NCBI GenBank assembly: GCA_038230375.1
Contig: JBBRNJ010000008.1
Location: 1-64,000 of the forward strand
Length of the DNA stretch: 64,000 nucleotides
Origin: Polyangiales bacterium
GTDB lineage: Bacteria > Myxococcota_A > Polyangia > Polyangiales > Polyangiaceae
Direction: 5' to 3'
A model generated the notes under the pieces. That model saw only the letters and a program-made list of their open reading frames with translations, was not told the DNA's origin and made no database searches. Every line of letters starts with the position of its first letter. Position 1 is the stretch's first letter. Made by a program: the position numbers and the translations under genes. Below, piece by piece: positions 18,285 to 27,396 of the stretch.

Positions 18285-18884
18285 ATGGCGAAGCCGCCCG
18301 AAGCGGCGAGCGACGTGCCGCCCCCGCTCTCGCGCACGCCATTCTACGTAGCCGGCGGACTGCTCGTGTTGCTCGTGCTCGTGCCGGTGGCGCTCATCAA
18401 GCGCGGACGCACGGTCGGTGAGCCAATCCCCGCTGGCTCCGACCCGGGCTCGGATACGCGCGTGCTCTTGCCGGATTCCACGCACGACGAGGACGCAGGC
18501 CCGCCCGTACCGCGCATCTCGGAGGTCGCGATCCAGAGTTGCGGCGACCCGGGCGCGAAGAGACCCGCGGACAGCTGCGATCATCCGCCGGCGCTGGACG
18601 AGGCCCTGCGCACGGCCGCGAAGGAGAGCATCTCGTGCATGCCGAAGGGAGCCACCGGCGGCTCGCTGCCGGTCATCGTGGAGCTGAATCTCCTGAAGAA
18701 GAAGCCGGCGGCCACGGTGACGCTCGGCAAGGACGGCAGGAGCATCAAAGAGCCAAAGGTGGCGCTGAAGTGCGCGCAGAAGCTCAAGGAGCGCATCGAG
18801 GGCACCAGCGTTGATCTCGGGAGGCACGATCACGTCCGCTACAAGCTCGCATTCGTGGTCGCGTACCCCCCGATCCCGGAATAG
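18285..18884 (+). CDS. Hypothetical single-pass membrane protein
   Basis: TM segment VAGGLLVLLVLVPVALI followed by a Cys-containing soluble domain; start uncertain. Confidence 0.65.
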   Translation: MAKPPEAASDVPPPLSRTPFYVAGGLLVLLVLVPVALIKRGRTVGEPIPAGSDPGSDTRVLLPDSTHDEDAGPPVPRISEVAIQSCGDPGAKRPADSCDHPPALDEALRTAAKESISCMPKGATGGSLPVIVELNLLKKKPAATVTLGKDGRSIKEPKVALKCAQKLKERIEGTSVDLGRHDHVRYKLAFVVAYPPIPE

Positions 18885-18947
18885 GGGGACGCCGGGCTTG
18901 CGCGAGTCGTTGATGTCGCGCGGGCGGGGTACTAGAACTCCCCGTAG

Positions 18948-20432
18948 ATGATCGAAAAACAACGGCGCCGGCTCATGGTCGTCAGCGACGAAGACATGGG
19001 TGTACGTGACGGGTGGGACGACCACTTCCGTGACGAGTGCGGAGTGTTCGGCGTCTACGGTCACGGTGAGGCCTCGAACATCGCGTACCTCGGGCTGCAT
19101 GCGCTGCAGCACCGCGGGCAGGAGTCCGCGGGAATCGTCACCACGGACGGCGAGCAGCTCTACGCGTTCCGCGCGATGGGGCTGGTGCAGGACGCGTTTG
19201 CGCAGGAGCACCTCGCGAAGCTGCCCGGCCGCGTCGCCATCGGCCATGTGCGCTACTCCACGGCGGGCGGCTCGCACCTGCGCAACGCGCAGCCCTTCGC
19301 GGTCGACTATGCGCGCGGCTCCGTCGCGGTCTGCCACAACGGAAACCTCACGAACGCAGAGGCCGTGCGCGCAGAGCTGGAAGAGGCGGGCTCCATCTTC
19401 TCGTCCACGTCGGACACGGAGGTGCTCGTGCACCTGGTGGCGCGCTCCAAGGAGATCGCCATCGAGGATCGCGTGATCGAGGCGCTGAAGAAGGTCGAAG
19501 GCGCCTACTCGCTCCTCTTCCTGACGGAAGACACGCTCATCGCCGTGCGCGATCCGCGCGGCATTCGCCCGCTCTCCATGGGCATTCTTCCCGGCAGTCG
19601 CGACGCGCACGTGTTCGCCAGCGAGCCGGTCGCGTTCGATCTCATCGGCGCGGAGTTCGTGCGCGACGTGGAGCCGGGCGAGATGATCGTGATCGACCAC
19701 AGCGGCGTTCGCTCGCGGCGCCTGGTCGAAAAGCCCCAGATGCCCGAGCCCAAGGCGTGCGTGTTCGAATACGTGTACTTTGCACGTCCGGACTCGCGCA
19801 TCGACGGCCGCAGCGTGTACGAGGTCCGCAAGGAGCTCGGGCGCGTGCTGGCACGAGAGCAACCGTGCGAGGCAGACGTGGTCATTCCGGTGCCGGACTC
19901 CGGCGTGCCGTCGGCCATCGGCTACGCGAGCGCCCTGGGGCTTCCGTTCGAGATGGGGCTCATCCGCTCGCACTACGTGGGGCGCACCTTCATCGAGCCG
20001 CAGCAGAGCATCCGCCACTTCGGCGTGCGCCTGAAGCTCAACACCGTGGGTGACCTGCTTCACGGCAAGCGCGTGGTCATCGTCGACGACTCGATCGTCC
20101 GCGGCACCACGTCACGCAAGATCGTGAAGATGGTGCGCGACGCCGGCGCGCGTGAGGTGCACCTCCGCATCTCCAGTCCGCCTGTCGAGTGGCCTTGCTA
20201 CTACGGCATCGACACGCCGACGCGTCGCGAGCTGATCGCGAGCAGCCACTCGCCAGAGGAGATCGGGCGCTATGTGACGGCGGACTCGCTCGGCTACGTC
20301 AGCATCGAGGGCATGGTCTCCGCGGTGAAGAAGCCCGAGAGCACGCTCTGCCACGCGTGCTTCTCCGGGAAGTATCCGATCCCATTCGAGGAGACCAAGC
20401 TGCGCCGCACGAACCGCATTGTCGGAATCTGA
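18948..20432 (+). CDS. purF: Amidophosphoribosyltransferase
   Basis: [41 protein letters not shown]; true start may be 18975 or 18996. Confidence 0.97.
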   Translation: MIEKQRRRLMVVSDEDMGVRDGWDDHFRDECGVFGVYGHGEASNIAYLGLHALQHRGQESAGIVTTDGEQLYAFRAMGLVQDAFAQEHLAKLPGRVAIGHVRYSTAGGSHLRNAQPFAVDYARGSVAVCHNGNLTNAEAVRAELEEAGSIFSSTSDTEVLVHLVARSKEIAIEDRVIEALKKVEGAYSLLFLTEDTLIAVRDPRGIRPLSMGILPGSRDAHVFASEPVAFDLIGAEFVRDVEPGEMIVIDHSGVRSRRLVEKPQMPEPKACVFEYVYFARPDSRIDGRSVYEVRKELGRVLAREQPCEADVVIPVPDSGVPSAIGYASALGLPFEMGLIRSHYVGRTFIEPQQSIRHFGVRLKLNTVGDLLHGKRVVIVDDSIVRGTTSRKIVKMVRDAGAREVHLRISSPPVEWPCYYGIDTPTRRELIASSHSPEEIGRYVTADSLGYVSIEGMVSAVKKPESTLCHACFSGKYPIPFEETKLRRTNRIVGI

Positions 20433-20457
20433 CCGCGAATCTGACCGCGAATCTGAC
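20425..20457 (+). repeat. 12-bp tandem repeat (about 2.75 copies) spanning the purF stop
   Basis: GAATCTGACCGC GAATCTGACCGC GAATCTGAC. Confidence 0.95.
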
Positions 20458-20477
20458 GCTATCCGGCGCGGCACGAG

Positions 20478-20993
20478 CTACTGCGTGCAGAGGTTCCAGG
20501 AGACGGGCACGCAAGCGGTGGCGCCGTTGGCGTCGGCGTTGGTCGCCTTGATCTTCTCGCACTTCACGGAGCCGTCCTTGTTGCACGCGTCGCCCACGTT
20601 CACGTTCTGGAGCGACGAGCAGTTCATGATGCAGGTGCAGCCGCCGCCGGCCGCCTTGATGAACAAGCCATCGGGGCAGTTCGTGGGAGCGGCGCCGTTG
20701 CAAGCCTGACCGAAGGTCCCGGTGTCGCCGCTGGTGACCGCGTTCTGACCAAGGGTCCAGTCGCCGTCGCAAGACGTCCCTCCACCGCCACCATCACTCC
20801 CTCCGCCGCCACCGCCACCGCCACCTCCGCCACCGCCACCACCACCGCCACCGCCACCTCCACTTCCTCCGTCGCTCTTGGTGTTGCCCGTAGTCGTTCC
20901 ACCGCCACTGTCACCACCACCGCAAGCGACCATCGCTGCAGCAGCGAAGGCCACGACCACGATCTTCACGCCGAGACCATCGAAAGAAAACAT
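20478..20993 (-). CDS. Cys-rich lipoprotein with long poly-Gly linker
   Basis: Lipobox MVAC, run of about 20 Gly, C-terminal domain with ten Cys. Confidence 0.75.
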   Translation of the reverse strand: MFSFDGLGVKIVVVAFAAAAMVACGGGDSGGGTTTGNTKSDGGSGGGGGGGGGGGGGGGGGGGGGSDGGGGGTSCDGDWTLGQNAVTSGDTGTFGQACNGAAPTNCPDGLFIKAAGGGCTCIMNCSSLQNVNVGDACNKDGSVKCEKIKATNADANGATACVPVSWNLCTQ

Positions 20994-21087
20994 CGGAAGC
21001 TCCTTGGAAAGGAGCGCCTCTCTGAGCGCTCATCCTGAAGACGCTTCTCTCGCCCCCCTGTAACAACGATTGTTGAGGAGGGTGGGG

Positions 21088-21861
21088 TCAGGCTTCGTCG
21101 CGGTAGATTCGAAGCTCGCTCAGCAGGCCGCTGTCGCCGCGCTGGAGCACGAACAGGGCAGGGTGGGCCGCGACCTCGGCGCCGGCAACGCGGGTCACGT
21201 TGCCCTCGAGAACGCACGCGCGCCCGTCGTCGGCGCTCGCGCTGGTGTCCATCATGAACCCACCGCCGGCGAGCCTGGAGAGTGCAGTGGAGAGCGCACC
21301 GCTCGGCCGCTCATGCGCGAGCCCCGTGGGGTCCACGATCTTGCCGCCCGCCTCGAAGAGCGCGAGCGCCCCGTCGACCTTGCCATCCGTCATCGCCTGC
21401 AAGAAATCCTGCGCGAGCTTCGGAAGGAAAACGTCCGCCACGGGCTCCAGTGCCTGCGCGCGCCCTCCCGGAGTGCCCATGACCTTGGGTGTATAATACA
21501 GACGAAGCTCGACCTCGCGCGCGCGTCCGCGCTGGACCAACGTGGCGAGCGGCAGACGCTCCGAGCGCCCTTCGCGAATGAAGACCAGGAAGCCCTCTGC
21601 CACGTCGTGATCCACGCCGCGCGTGAGGCGCGCACGCTCATACTTCCCGTGCAGCAAGAGCGCGCGCTCGCGAAGGCGCGTCAGCGCGGGTTCGAGCTGC
21701 AGCAAGCCGGCAGCTCTGCCTTCTCCGGGATCGGTGATCTTGGCGCGATTTCCAAGACGCCGGAGGAGCGGGCCGACCTCGCCGCCAAGCAAGGCCTCCA
21801 CGAAGACATCCGCCAGTGGCCCTTTCAGGCTGCTCGGCTCCGCGCGCGTCTCCTCTCCCAT
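21088..21861 (-). CDS. Hypothetical protein, tandem SnoaL/NTF2-like domains
   Basis: FLQAMTDGKVDGALALFEAGGKIVDP...LLSELRIYRD pattern, with a similar N-terminal half. Confidence 0.6.
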   Translation of the reverse strand: MGEETRAEPSSLKGPLADVFVEALLGGEVGPLLRRLGNRAKITDPGEGRAAGLLQLEPALTRLRERALLLHGKYERARLTRGVDHDVAEGFLVFIREGRSERLPLATLVQRGRAREVELRLYYTPKVMGTPGGRAQALEPVADVFLPKLAQDFLQAMTDGKVDGALALFEAGGKIVDPTGLAHERPSGALSTALSRLAGGGFMMDTSASADDGRACVLEGNVTRVAGAEVAAHPALFVLQRGDSGLLSELRIYRDEA

Positions 21862-21964
21862 GTCATCTCACAAGATACTTGCCCGGGGCCCCAGGAACCA
21901 ACATTTCGGCGCTCCCGTGCCCCTTGACGGGAAACGGGACAGGTAAAACGCTATATGGACGCCC

Positions 21965-22888
21965 ATGCCGTTCCAGTTCGAGCCCGTGAAGGACAAGGTC
22001 TCCGTGTACGAGGTGTCCCTCAGGGACGGCCTCCAGAACGAGCGCGTGACCGTGTCGCTCGCCGACAAGCTGCGGCTCATCGACGCCCTGGTCGCCTCCG
22101 GCCTTTCCCGCATCGAGATCACGAGCTTCGTGTCGCCCAAGTGGATCCCACAGCTCGCGGACGGTGATGACGTCGCGAAGCTCGCCAAGGCGCCGCCGGG
22201 CGTGACGTTCTCCGCCCTCGTCCCGAATGCGCGCGGCCTGGAGCGTGCGCGCGCGGCCGGCATGAAGGAGGTCGCAGTCTTCCTCAGCGCGAGCGAGACC
22301 CACAACCAGAAGAACGTGAACAAGTCGATCGAGGCATCTCTTCGCGCGTCCGCAGAGGTCACCGCGGCAGCGAAGCCCCTTGGAATCAAGGTGCGCGGCT
22401 ACGTCTCCACCGTGTGGGGCTGTCCGTACGAGGGTGACGTGGATCCCGAGCGCGCGCTCGCGATCGCGAAAGAGCTCCACGCGATGGGCGTGTACCAGGT
22501 GTCGCTAGGCGACACGATCGGCGTGGGAACGCCGCGGCAGACGTTCCGCATCGTGGAGATGATGTCGAAGGAGCTGCCTCTCGAAGCCATTGCTCTCCAC
22601 ATGCACGACACGCGCGGCACTGCGCTCGCGAACATCCTGGTCGGGCTGGAGATGGGCATCCGCACCTTCGACGCGAGCGTCGGCGGCATGGGTGGTTGTC
22701 CATACGCACCGGGCGCTGCTGGCAACGTGGCGACCGAAGATCTTGTCTACATGCTCTCGGGCATGGGCATCGAGACCGGCGTGGATCTCCCGCGACTGGT
22801 CGAGGCTGGACGCGCCGCCGGCAGCATCGTCGGCCGCACCCTCCCAGGCAAGGTTTTGCAGAGCGGGCTGCGCAGCCTGCGCGCCTGA
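21965..22888 (+). CDS. Hydroxymethylglutaryl-CoA lyase
   Basis: EVSLRDGLQNE, SFVSPKWIPQL, LHMHDTRG, GGCPYAPGAAGNVATED. Confidence 0.95.
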   Translation: MPFQFEPVKDKVSVYEVSLRDGLQNERVTVSLADKLRLIDALVASGLSRIEITSFVSPKWIPQLADGDDVAKLAKAPPGVTFSALVPNARGLERARAAGMKEVAVFLSASETHNQKNVNKSIEASLRASAEVTAAAKPLGIKVRGYVSTVWGCPYEGDVDPERALAIAKELHAMGVYQVSLGDTIGVGTPRQTFRIVEMMSKELPLEAIALHMHDTRGTALANILVGLEMGIRTFDASVGGMGGCPYAPGAAGNVATEDLVYMLSGMGIETGVDLPRLVEAGRAAGSIVGRTLPGKVLQSGLRSLRA

Positions 22889-23110
22889 GCGCGCTTCCAT
22901 TGCAAAACTGCAATTTTTGCGCCGAACCCGGTTGCGCTTCTGCAATCGGGCGAGGGTGGAATCCGACCCAACCCAGCGACTTCACTGATGGACTACCGAT
23001 TGCAAGATCACGCCATGGCATCGCGTAGCGTGGCTTCCCCCCCAAGCCCCTATGTGGTGCCGTTTTCATTTTCGCAGGCGCCATTTTCCGAGGCGTGTAG
23101 AAGAGGCGGG

Positions 23111-23776
23111 GTGAGTGCTCTGCGAGCCCAGACCCTCGTCGCGATCGTGGCGTTCGCGGCCGCGGTTGTCGGGTGTCAGCGGACACCCGAGGAGCCGCCG
23201 ACCAAGCCCGCCGGCGCGGTGGTCGAGGTGCCGCTCGCGTCATCGAGCGCGGCGCTCACGGAGGCTCGGCCGGTCGCGCCGCCCCCGAGCGCGCGGACGT
23301 CGGTGAAGAAGAACGCGGGCTGCATTGCGCCGACGCCGGACGTCGCGCCTGGCCCCGTGCCCAGGCCCGCTGCATCGTGTCCGAAAGATCCGGACGGTGC
23401 GTCCATGCTCCCGCAGCAGTCCGTTTCGCTCGACGACGCGCACACCGTCGTGCGCGCGGAGATCGCGCGGGCGCCGCACGACCTGGAGAAGGGCCTCATG
23501 TTCCGGACGCAGATGCCGGAGGACGCCGGGATGCTCTTCCGGCTCGGAGACCGCAGCGTGCATCGCTTCTGGATGCACAATACATGCATCCCGCTCGACC
23601 TCCTGTTCATCGATGACGACGGCACCATCGTTGGCATCGTGGAGAACGCGCCGACCTTGAACGACGAGGAGCGGAGCGTGCCGTGTCGCTCGTCGTTCGT
23701 GCTGGAGGTCAATGCGGGGTACAGCCGGCGTCACAACGTCCGCGCTGGCCAGCACGCAACGTTGCCCCCGTCGTAG
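23111..23776 (+). CDS. DUF192-domain lipoprotein
   Basis: Lipobox VVGC; GLMFR, GMLF, FWMHNTCIPLDLLF, VLEVNAG. Confidence 0.88.
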   Translation: MSALRAQTLVAIVAFAAAVVGCQRTPEEPPTKPAGAVVEVPLASSSAALTEARPVAPPPSARTSVKKNAGCIAPTPDVAPGPVPRPAASCPKDPDGASMLPQQSVSLDDAHTVVRAEIARAPHDLEKGLMFRTQMPEDAGMLFRLGDRSVHRFWMHNTCIPLDLLFIDDDGTIVGIVENAPTLNDEERSVPCRSSFVLEVNAGYSRRHNVRAGQHATLPPS

Positions 23777-23815
23777 CTTTGGCCGCAGGCGAATTTCGGG
23801 CTAACGTCCGCGCGT

Positions 23816-24577
23816 ATGAACACGCAGATGCTCTTCCTGTCGATCGTGGGAACCACCCTGCTCGCTGGCTGCGGCAAGACGCCTGAGCCGGTCAGGGCGG
23901 ATCCCGAGCAGAGCACGCAGACCAGCTCGTCCGACAGCAACGGCAACAAGGGCGCGGGGGCCGACGACACTGCACCGCGGAGCAACACGAGCGGCGACCC
24001 GCTCGACGGGCATTTCACGCTTGCCGACGCGCTGAAGGGAGTCTCGGGGAGCGGTGCGCTGGTCGCGAAGATCGACACGACGATGGGCACGATCGAGTGC
24101 AAGCTCCTGGAGGACAAGGCGCCCACCACGGTCGCGAACTTCGTGGGCCTGGCGACGGGGAAGCGCCCGTGGAGGAACGGCGACTCGTGGGTCACGAAGC
24201 CCGCCTACAACGACACGGGCTTCCACCGCATCATCAAGGGCTTCATGATCCAGGGCGGCGATCCGAAGGGCAACGGCTCGGGCGAGCCCGGCTACACGAT
24301 CCGGGACGAGGTCTGGGAGGGCGCGAAGCACAACAGGCCCGGCCTCCTGTGCATGGCGAACAGCGGCCCGAACACGAACGGAGCGCAGTTCTTCATCACG
24401 GACGCCACGGCCCCGCACCTGGACAAGAGCTACACGATCTTCGGTGAGTGCGCCCCCGAGCAGACCATCCACGACATAGCCGCAGTGAAGACGGGAATGA
24501 TGGACAAGCCGCTCACGCCGGTGACCATCAAGACCGTGACGATCGCCCGAGAAAAACGCGCCCCCGAAAAGAAGTAG
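23816..24577 (+). CDS. Cyclophilin-type peptidyl-prolyl isomerase lipoprotein
   Basis: Lipobox LAGC; FHRIIKGFMIQGGDP, MANSGPNTNGAQFFIT. Confidence 0.95.
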   Translation: MNTQMLFLSIVGTTLLAGCGKTPEPVRADPEQSTQTSSSDSNGNKGAGADDTAPRSNTSGDPLDGHFTLADALKGVSGSGALVAKIDTTMGTIECKLLEDKAPTTVANFVGLATGKRPWRNGDSWVTKPAYNDTGFHRIIKGFMIQGGDPKGNGSGEPGYTIRDEVWEGAKHNRPGLLCMANSGPNTNGAQFFITDATAPHLDKSYTIFGECAPEQTIHDIAAVKTGMMDKPLTPVTIKTVTIAREKRAPEKK

Positions 24578-24636
24578 GTCGAGCTCGAGGTCGAGGTCGA
24601 GGTCGAGGTCGAGGTCGAGGTCGAGGTCGAGGTCGA
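24577..24636. repeat. Intergenic hexamer microsatellite (GGTCGA)x10, one unit GCTCGA
   Basis: Read directly from the sequence, between convergent cyclophilin and PEBP genes. Confidence 0.95.
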
Positions 24637-24662
24637 AGTTCTTCGTCGACGTCGCTTCCCGC

Positions 24663-25229
24663 TCAGTGCGAGAACGTCCCCATCAGCGTCCCTTCGGCCA
24701 GCAGGTGTCCATCGAGCTCGGTGTCGAGCTCCGGCCTGGTCAGCCCCTCTCGCAGGTCCGTAGAGCGGTCCACGGCGAGCGCGGTGAACCGGTAGCGGTG
24801 CAGCTCCTGCTTCGGTGGGCACGGGCCGTTGTAGCGGAGGTTGCCGAAGTCGTTCTTGCCGAAGCGTGCGCCTGCAGAGGTCGCAAGGTCTGTGCCCTCG
24901 GCGACGGCGTGGAAGTCAGCGCTCAGGTTGTACGCCAGCATGTGCGTGAAGACACCGGAGGGCGCGTCGGGATCGTCGATGAGGAGGACGATAGACTGCG
25001 TGCCTGGTGGAGGCGCGCTGAACGTGAGGTCCGGAATGACGTCGCGTCCGTCGCACGTGTAGTCGATCGGCACGCGCGCGCCGCCGCCGAACGCATGCGA
25101 CGTGACGGTGATGGACTCCAGCGTGTGGCCCGGCGCCACGCGCGGCGTGATGCTGCTGCCGGTCTTCTGGCAGCCGTTGCATGACAGGAGGAGCAGCGCG
25201 AGGGCTAGTGGGCGGGCGAAGGCGTGCAT
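24663..25229 (-). CDS. YbhB/YbcL (PEBP, Raf-kinase-inhibitor-like) protein
   Basis: DDPDAP, FTH, YNGPCPP, HRYRF motifs. Confidence 0.93.
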   Translation of the reverse strand: MHAFARPLALALLLLSCNGCQKTGSSITPRVAPGHTLESITVTSHAFGGGARVPIDYTCDGRDVIPDLTFSAPPPGTQSIVLLIDDPDAPSGVFTHMLAYNLSADFHAVAEGTDLATSAGARFGKNDFGNLRYNGPCPPKQELHRYRFTALAVDRSTDLREGLTRPELDTELDGHLLAEGTLMGTFSH

Positions 25230-25232
25230 GGT

Positions 25233-26717
25233 TCAGTCCGGCTGATAGATGATATCCCGGGCGCTGAAGTAGTAGCTGGCGAAGTCCTGGCGGTCGAAGC
25301 TGACGGCACCAAACGCGTTCCACACGATCCCCCAGGCCAGGAGCACGAAGAAGAGCTTGCGCACCGGGCGAGCGCCGATCGCGAGCAGCATGAAGAAGAT
25401 GAGCGCATAGTCGTTCGAGAAGCGATAGCCGAACTGCGCCCACCCCGTGTTCTGGTAGAGCAGGTTGCCGGCGATGCACCCGAACGCCGACAACCACAGC
25501 GTGAGGTGCAGACCGCCGCGCTTCTTCGGCCAGAGGAGCAGCAGGTAGAGCGGCGTCACGAACCACAGCGCAAGCCCGTGCGCGTTGATCTGGAACGGTG
25601 CGCCGCGGAGATCGCCGCCCTTGGGAGCCAGGTAGGGGAGGCTGGTCACGACGCAGCCCAGGTTCTTTGCAAGGTAGTGATACGAGAAGAGTCCCCATGC
25701 GGCGAGGCGCGAGCCGCGCACCCACGGGAGGTACTCGTGCCCGAACGCGAACGGCCGCGGATCGCCGAAGCGCGCCTGGTTGTAGGCCGACGCGAGCGCG
25801 AATGACACGACGAGCGGCACGGCGAACAGCGCAAGGAGCTTGCCAAGCACGACCTTGTCGGCGCGGCGAAGCGTGGTCTCGATGCGGGCGAACAGCCCGC
25901 CCTGGATGTTCTCGTGATCCTTGCATGATGCACGTATCGCCTCGATGACGAAGAACACGGCCACAGTCAGCATGAGCGGACGCGACGTCCATGCGCAAGC
26001 GAGCGCGACGCCCGCAAGCACTGGTCGCTCCGCATCGAGCGAGAACAGCAGGAAGCACGCGAGCGCGCCGACGCCGACGACATGCGCCGCGAACCAGACG
26101 GTGCCCTGCACGGCCGTGAAGAAGTAGACGCTGCCGAACGCGAACGCGATGGAGAGCGCAACGTTCTCCCACTCGACGCGCTCGGAGCGGGCAGTGCGGC
26201 GCAGCTTCTCGAGGACGAGGAAGAGGACCGCAGGGCCAAGGCCCGCAAGCCACACGATGAACTGTCCATCGCGGAAGTTCTCTGGTGAGCCAGCAAGCCA
26301 GACGAGCGGGACCATCAGCACCGCAGGCATGGGTGGGAAGCTGATGTACGTCTTGCCCTGGAAGTCGGCGAAGTCGTTTCCGCCCGCATACCCAGGGCCG
26401 CCGCGGATGATGTAGTGCTTGCCGTGCAGCCACGCGTCCGCCAGGTGCGCGTAGTGATTGAACGCGGTGTGCGTTCCCATCCGGTCCGGGCCCGCGACGA
26501 CCGCGAACACGATCACGGTGAGCAAGTAGATCGCGGTGGCGACCAGCAGACGTCGCCTTCGCGTGTCCCGCGCCATCCACGGCACCGAAGCCTTTCGCGG
26601 GCTCTCTGTCGTGGCCTCCGGGGGCTTCGGCTCGGCAGAGGCTGTGTCGGTGGAGGTGTCCTCGGCCTTCGCTTCGGGCTCTCCAGGTTCGCTCTCAGGC
26701 TCGTCCGCCTCCGCCAT
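25233..26717 (-). CDS. Polytopic membrane protein, probable GT-C-fold glycosyltransferase-like
   Basis: Many TM segments; YISFPPMPAVL, GTVWFAAH, YNQARFGDP, FGYRFSND motifs. Confidence 0.6.
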   Translation of the reverse strand: MAEADEPESEPGEPEAKAEDTSTDTASAEPKPPEATTESPRKASVPWMARDTRRRRLLVATAIYLLTVIVFAVVAGPDRMGTHTAFNHYAHLADAWLHGKHYIIRGGPGYAGGNDFADFQGKTYISFPPMPAVLMVPLVWLAGSPENFRDGQFIVWLAGLGPAVLFLVLEKLRRTARSERVEWENVALSIAFAFGSVYFFTAVQGTVWFAAHVVGVGALACFLLFSLDAERPVLAGVALACAWTSRPLMLTVAVFFVIEAIRASCKDHENIQGGLFARIETTLRRADKVVLGKLLALFAVPLVVSFALASAYNQARFGDPRPFAFGHEYLPWVRGSRLAAWGLFSYHYLAKNLGCVVTSLPYLAPKGGDLRGAPFQINAHGLALWFVTPLYLLLLWPKKRGGLHLTLWLSAFGCIAGNLLYQNTGWAQFGYRFSNDYALIFFMLLAIGARPVRKLFFVLLAWGIVWNAFGAVSFDRQDFASYYFSARDIIYQPD

Positions 26718-26983
26718 GGTGAGCACGAGACCCTAGCATCTTTGATCGTGGCTGATCCTCGCGTCGGGGGGAGTGTGAAACGACAACGACGGTGCGAAGA
26801 TTCTTTCGCGGATCGTGTGCGAACGTGCAGTGGATTACTCGTTGCGGCGAGACCATTTGCCCCGAATTCAAGCCAAAAACCACCGCCAAAGGAATGGCAC
26901 GTGACTTGAAGAGACCTTGCCCGGTAGCAACGGCTGGACGCACCGGAACTCGGTGCTAGGGCTCTCTGCTCCCCACACACACC

Positions 26984-27172
26984 ATGGCACTACCTTTCGA
27001 AGAAGCGAACGGCTCGCGCGATCCCCGCGCACTCTCCATCCTCGCGAAGACCATCTACCGCGAGCTTCGCTCCAGCGGATATGGCGCGCGCGAGGTGATG
27101 GTGCTGGCGAGCGAGCTGCTCGGCATGGTGGCCTCCGATGTGAAGGGAAGCCGCGAGTCCCGCAAGGGGTGA
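26984..27172 (+). CDS. Small helical hypothetical protein (62 aa)
   Basis: ILAKTIYRELRSSGY...VLASELLG amphipathic helices; GC3-biased codons. Confidence 0.7.
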   Translation: MALPFEEANGSRDPRALSILAKTIYRELRSSGYGAREVMVLASELLGMVASDVKGSRESRKG

Positions 27173-27330
27173 GGTTCGGCTGAACGTGGAGGGCGTGCTG
27201 CGCGTAGAGCGTTGCGCGCCTTTGTCGTTCCATGGCCCCACTTCCAGAGATGCTTGTTTAAGTGTCCCGTGAATCGTGGCGACAAGATTGACACTTGCGA
27301 GTGGATAATCCGACAATTCGAGAAGAAGGA

Positions 27331-27345
27331 TTGACGTCATGTCAA
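27331..27345. promoter_or_regulatory. Palindrome TTGAC-N5-GTCAA upstream of the FHA-TadA-like gene; TTGACA-N18-GACAAT nearby (27288-27317)
   Basis: Read directly; function inferred. Confidence 0.4.
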
Positions 27346-27396
27346 CCCGGCGGGCCCAACTGATGTAGGCTGGCCGCCGCGGCTTCTCGAGGGACT

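Noticed and set aside
14547..20063. Long minus-strand ORFs (641 aa, 914 aa), and similar ones at 27337-29424, 37047-39713, 45055-47421 and 56071-58647
   Set aside because: Antisense shadow frames of real genes in high-GC DNA; Arg/His-rich with no motifs.
21924..21957. Sigma70 promoter for HMG-CoA lyase (TTGACG)
   Set aside because: No -10 element at 16-18 bp spacing.
22948..22997. Loose resemblance to a fluoride riboswitch or hammerhead ribozyme (CTGATG...TAC)
   Set aside because: The GATG/pseudoknot pairing and the CTGATGA...GAAA core are missing, and the downstream gene is not fluoride-related.
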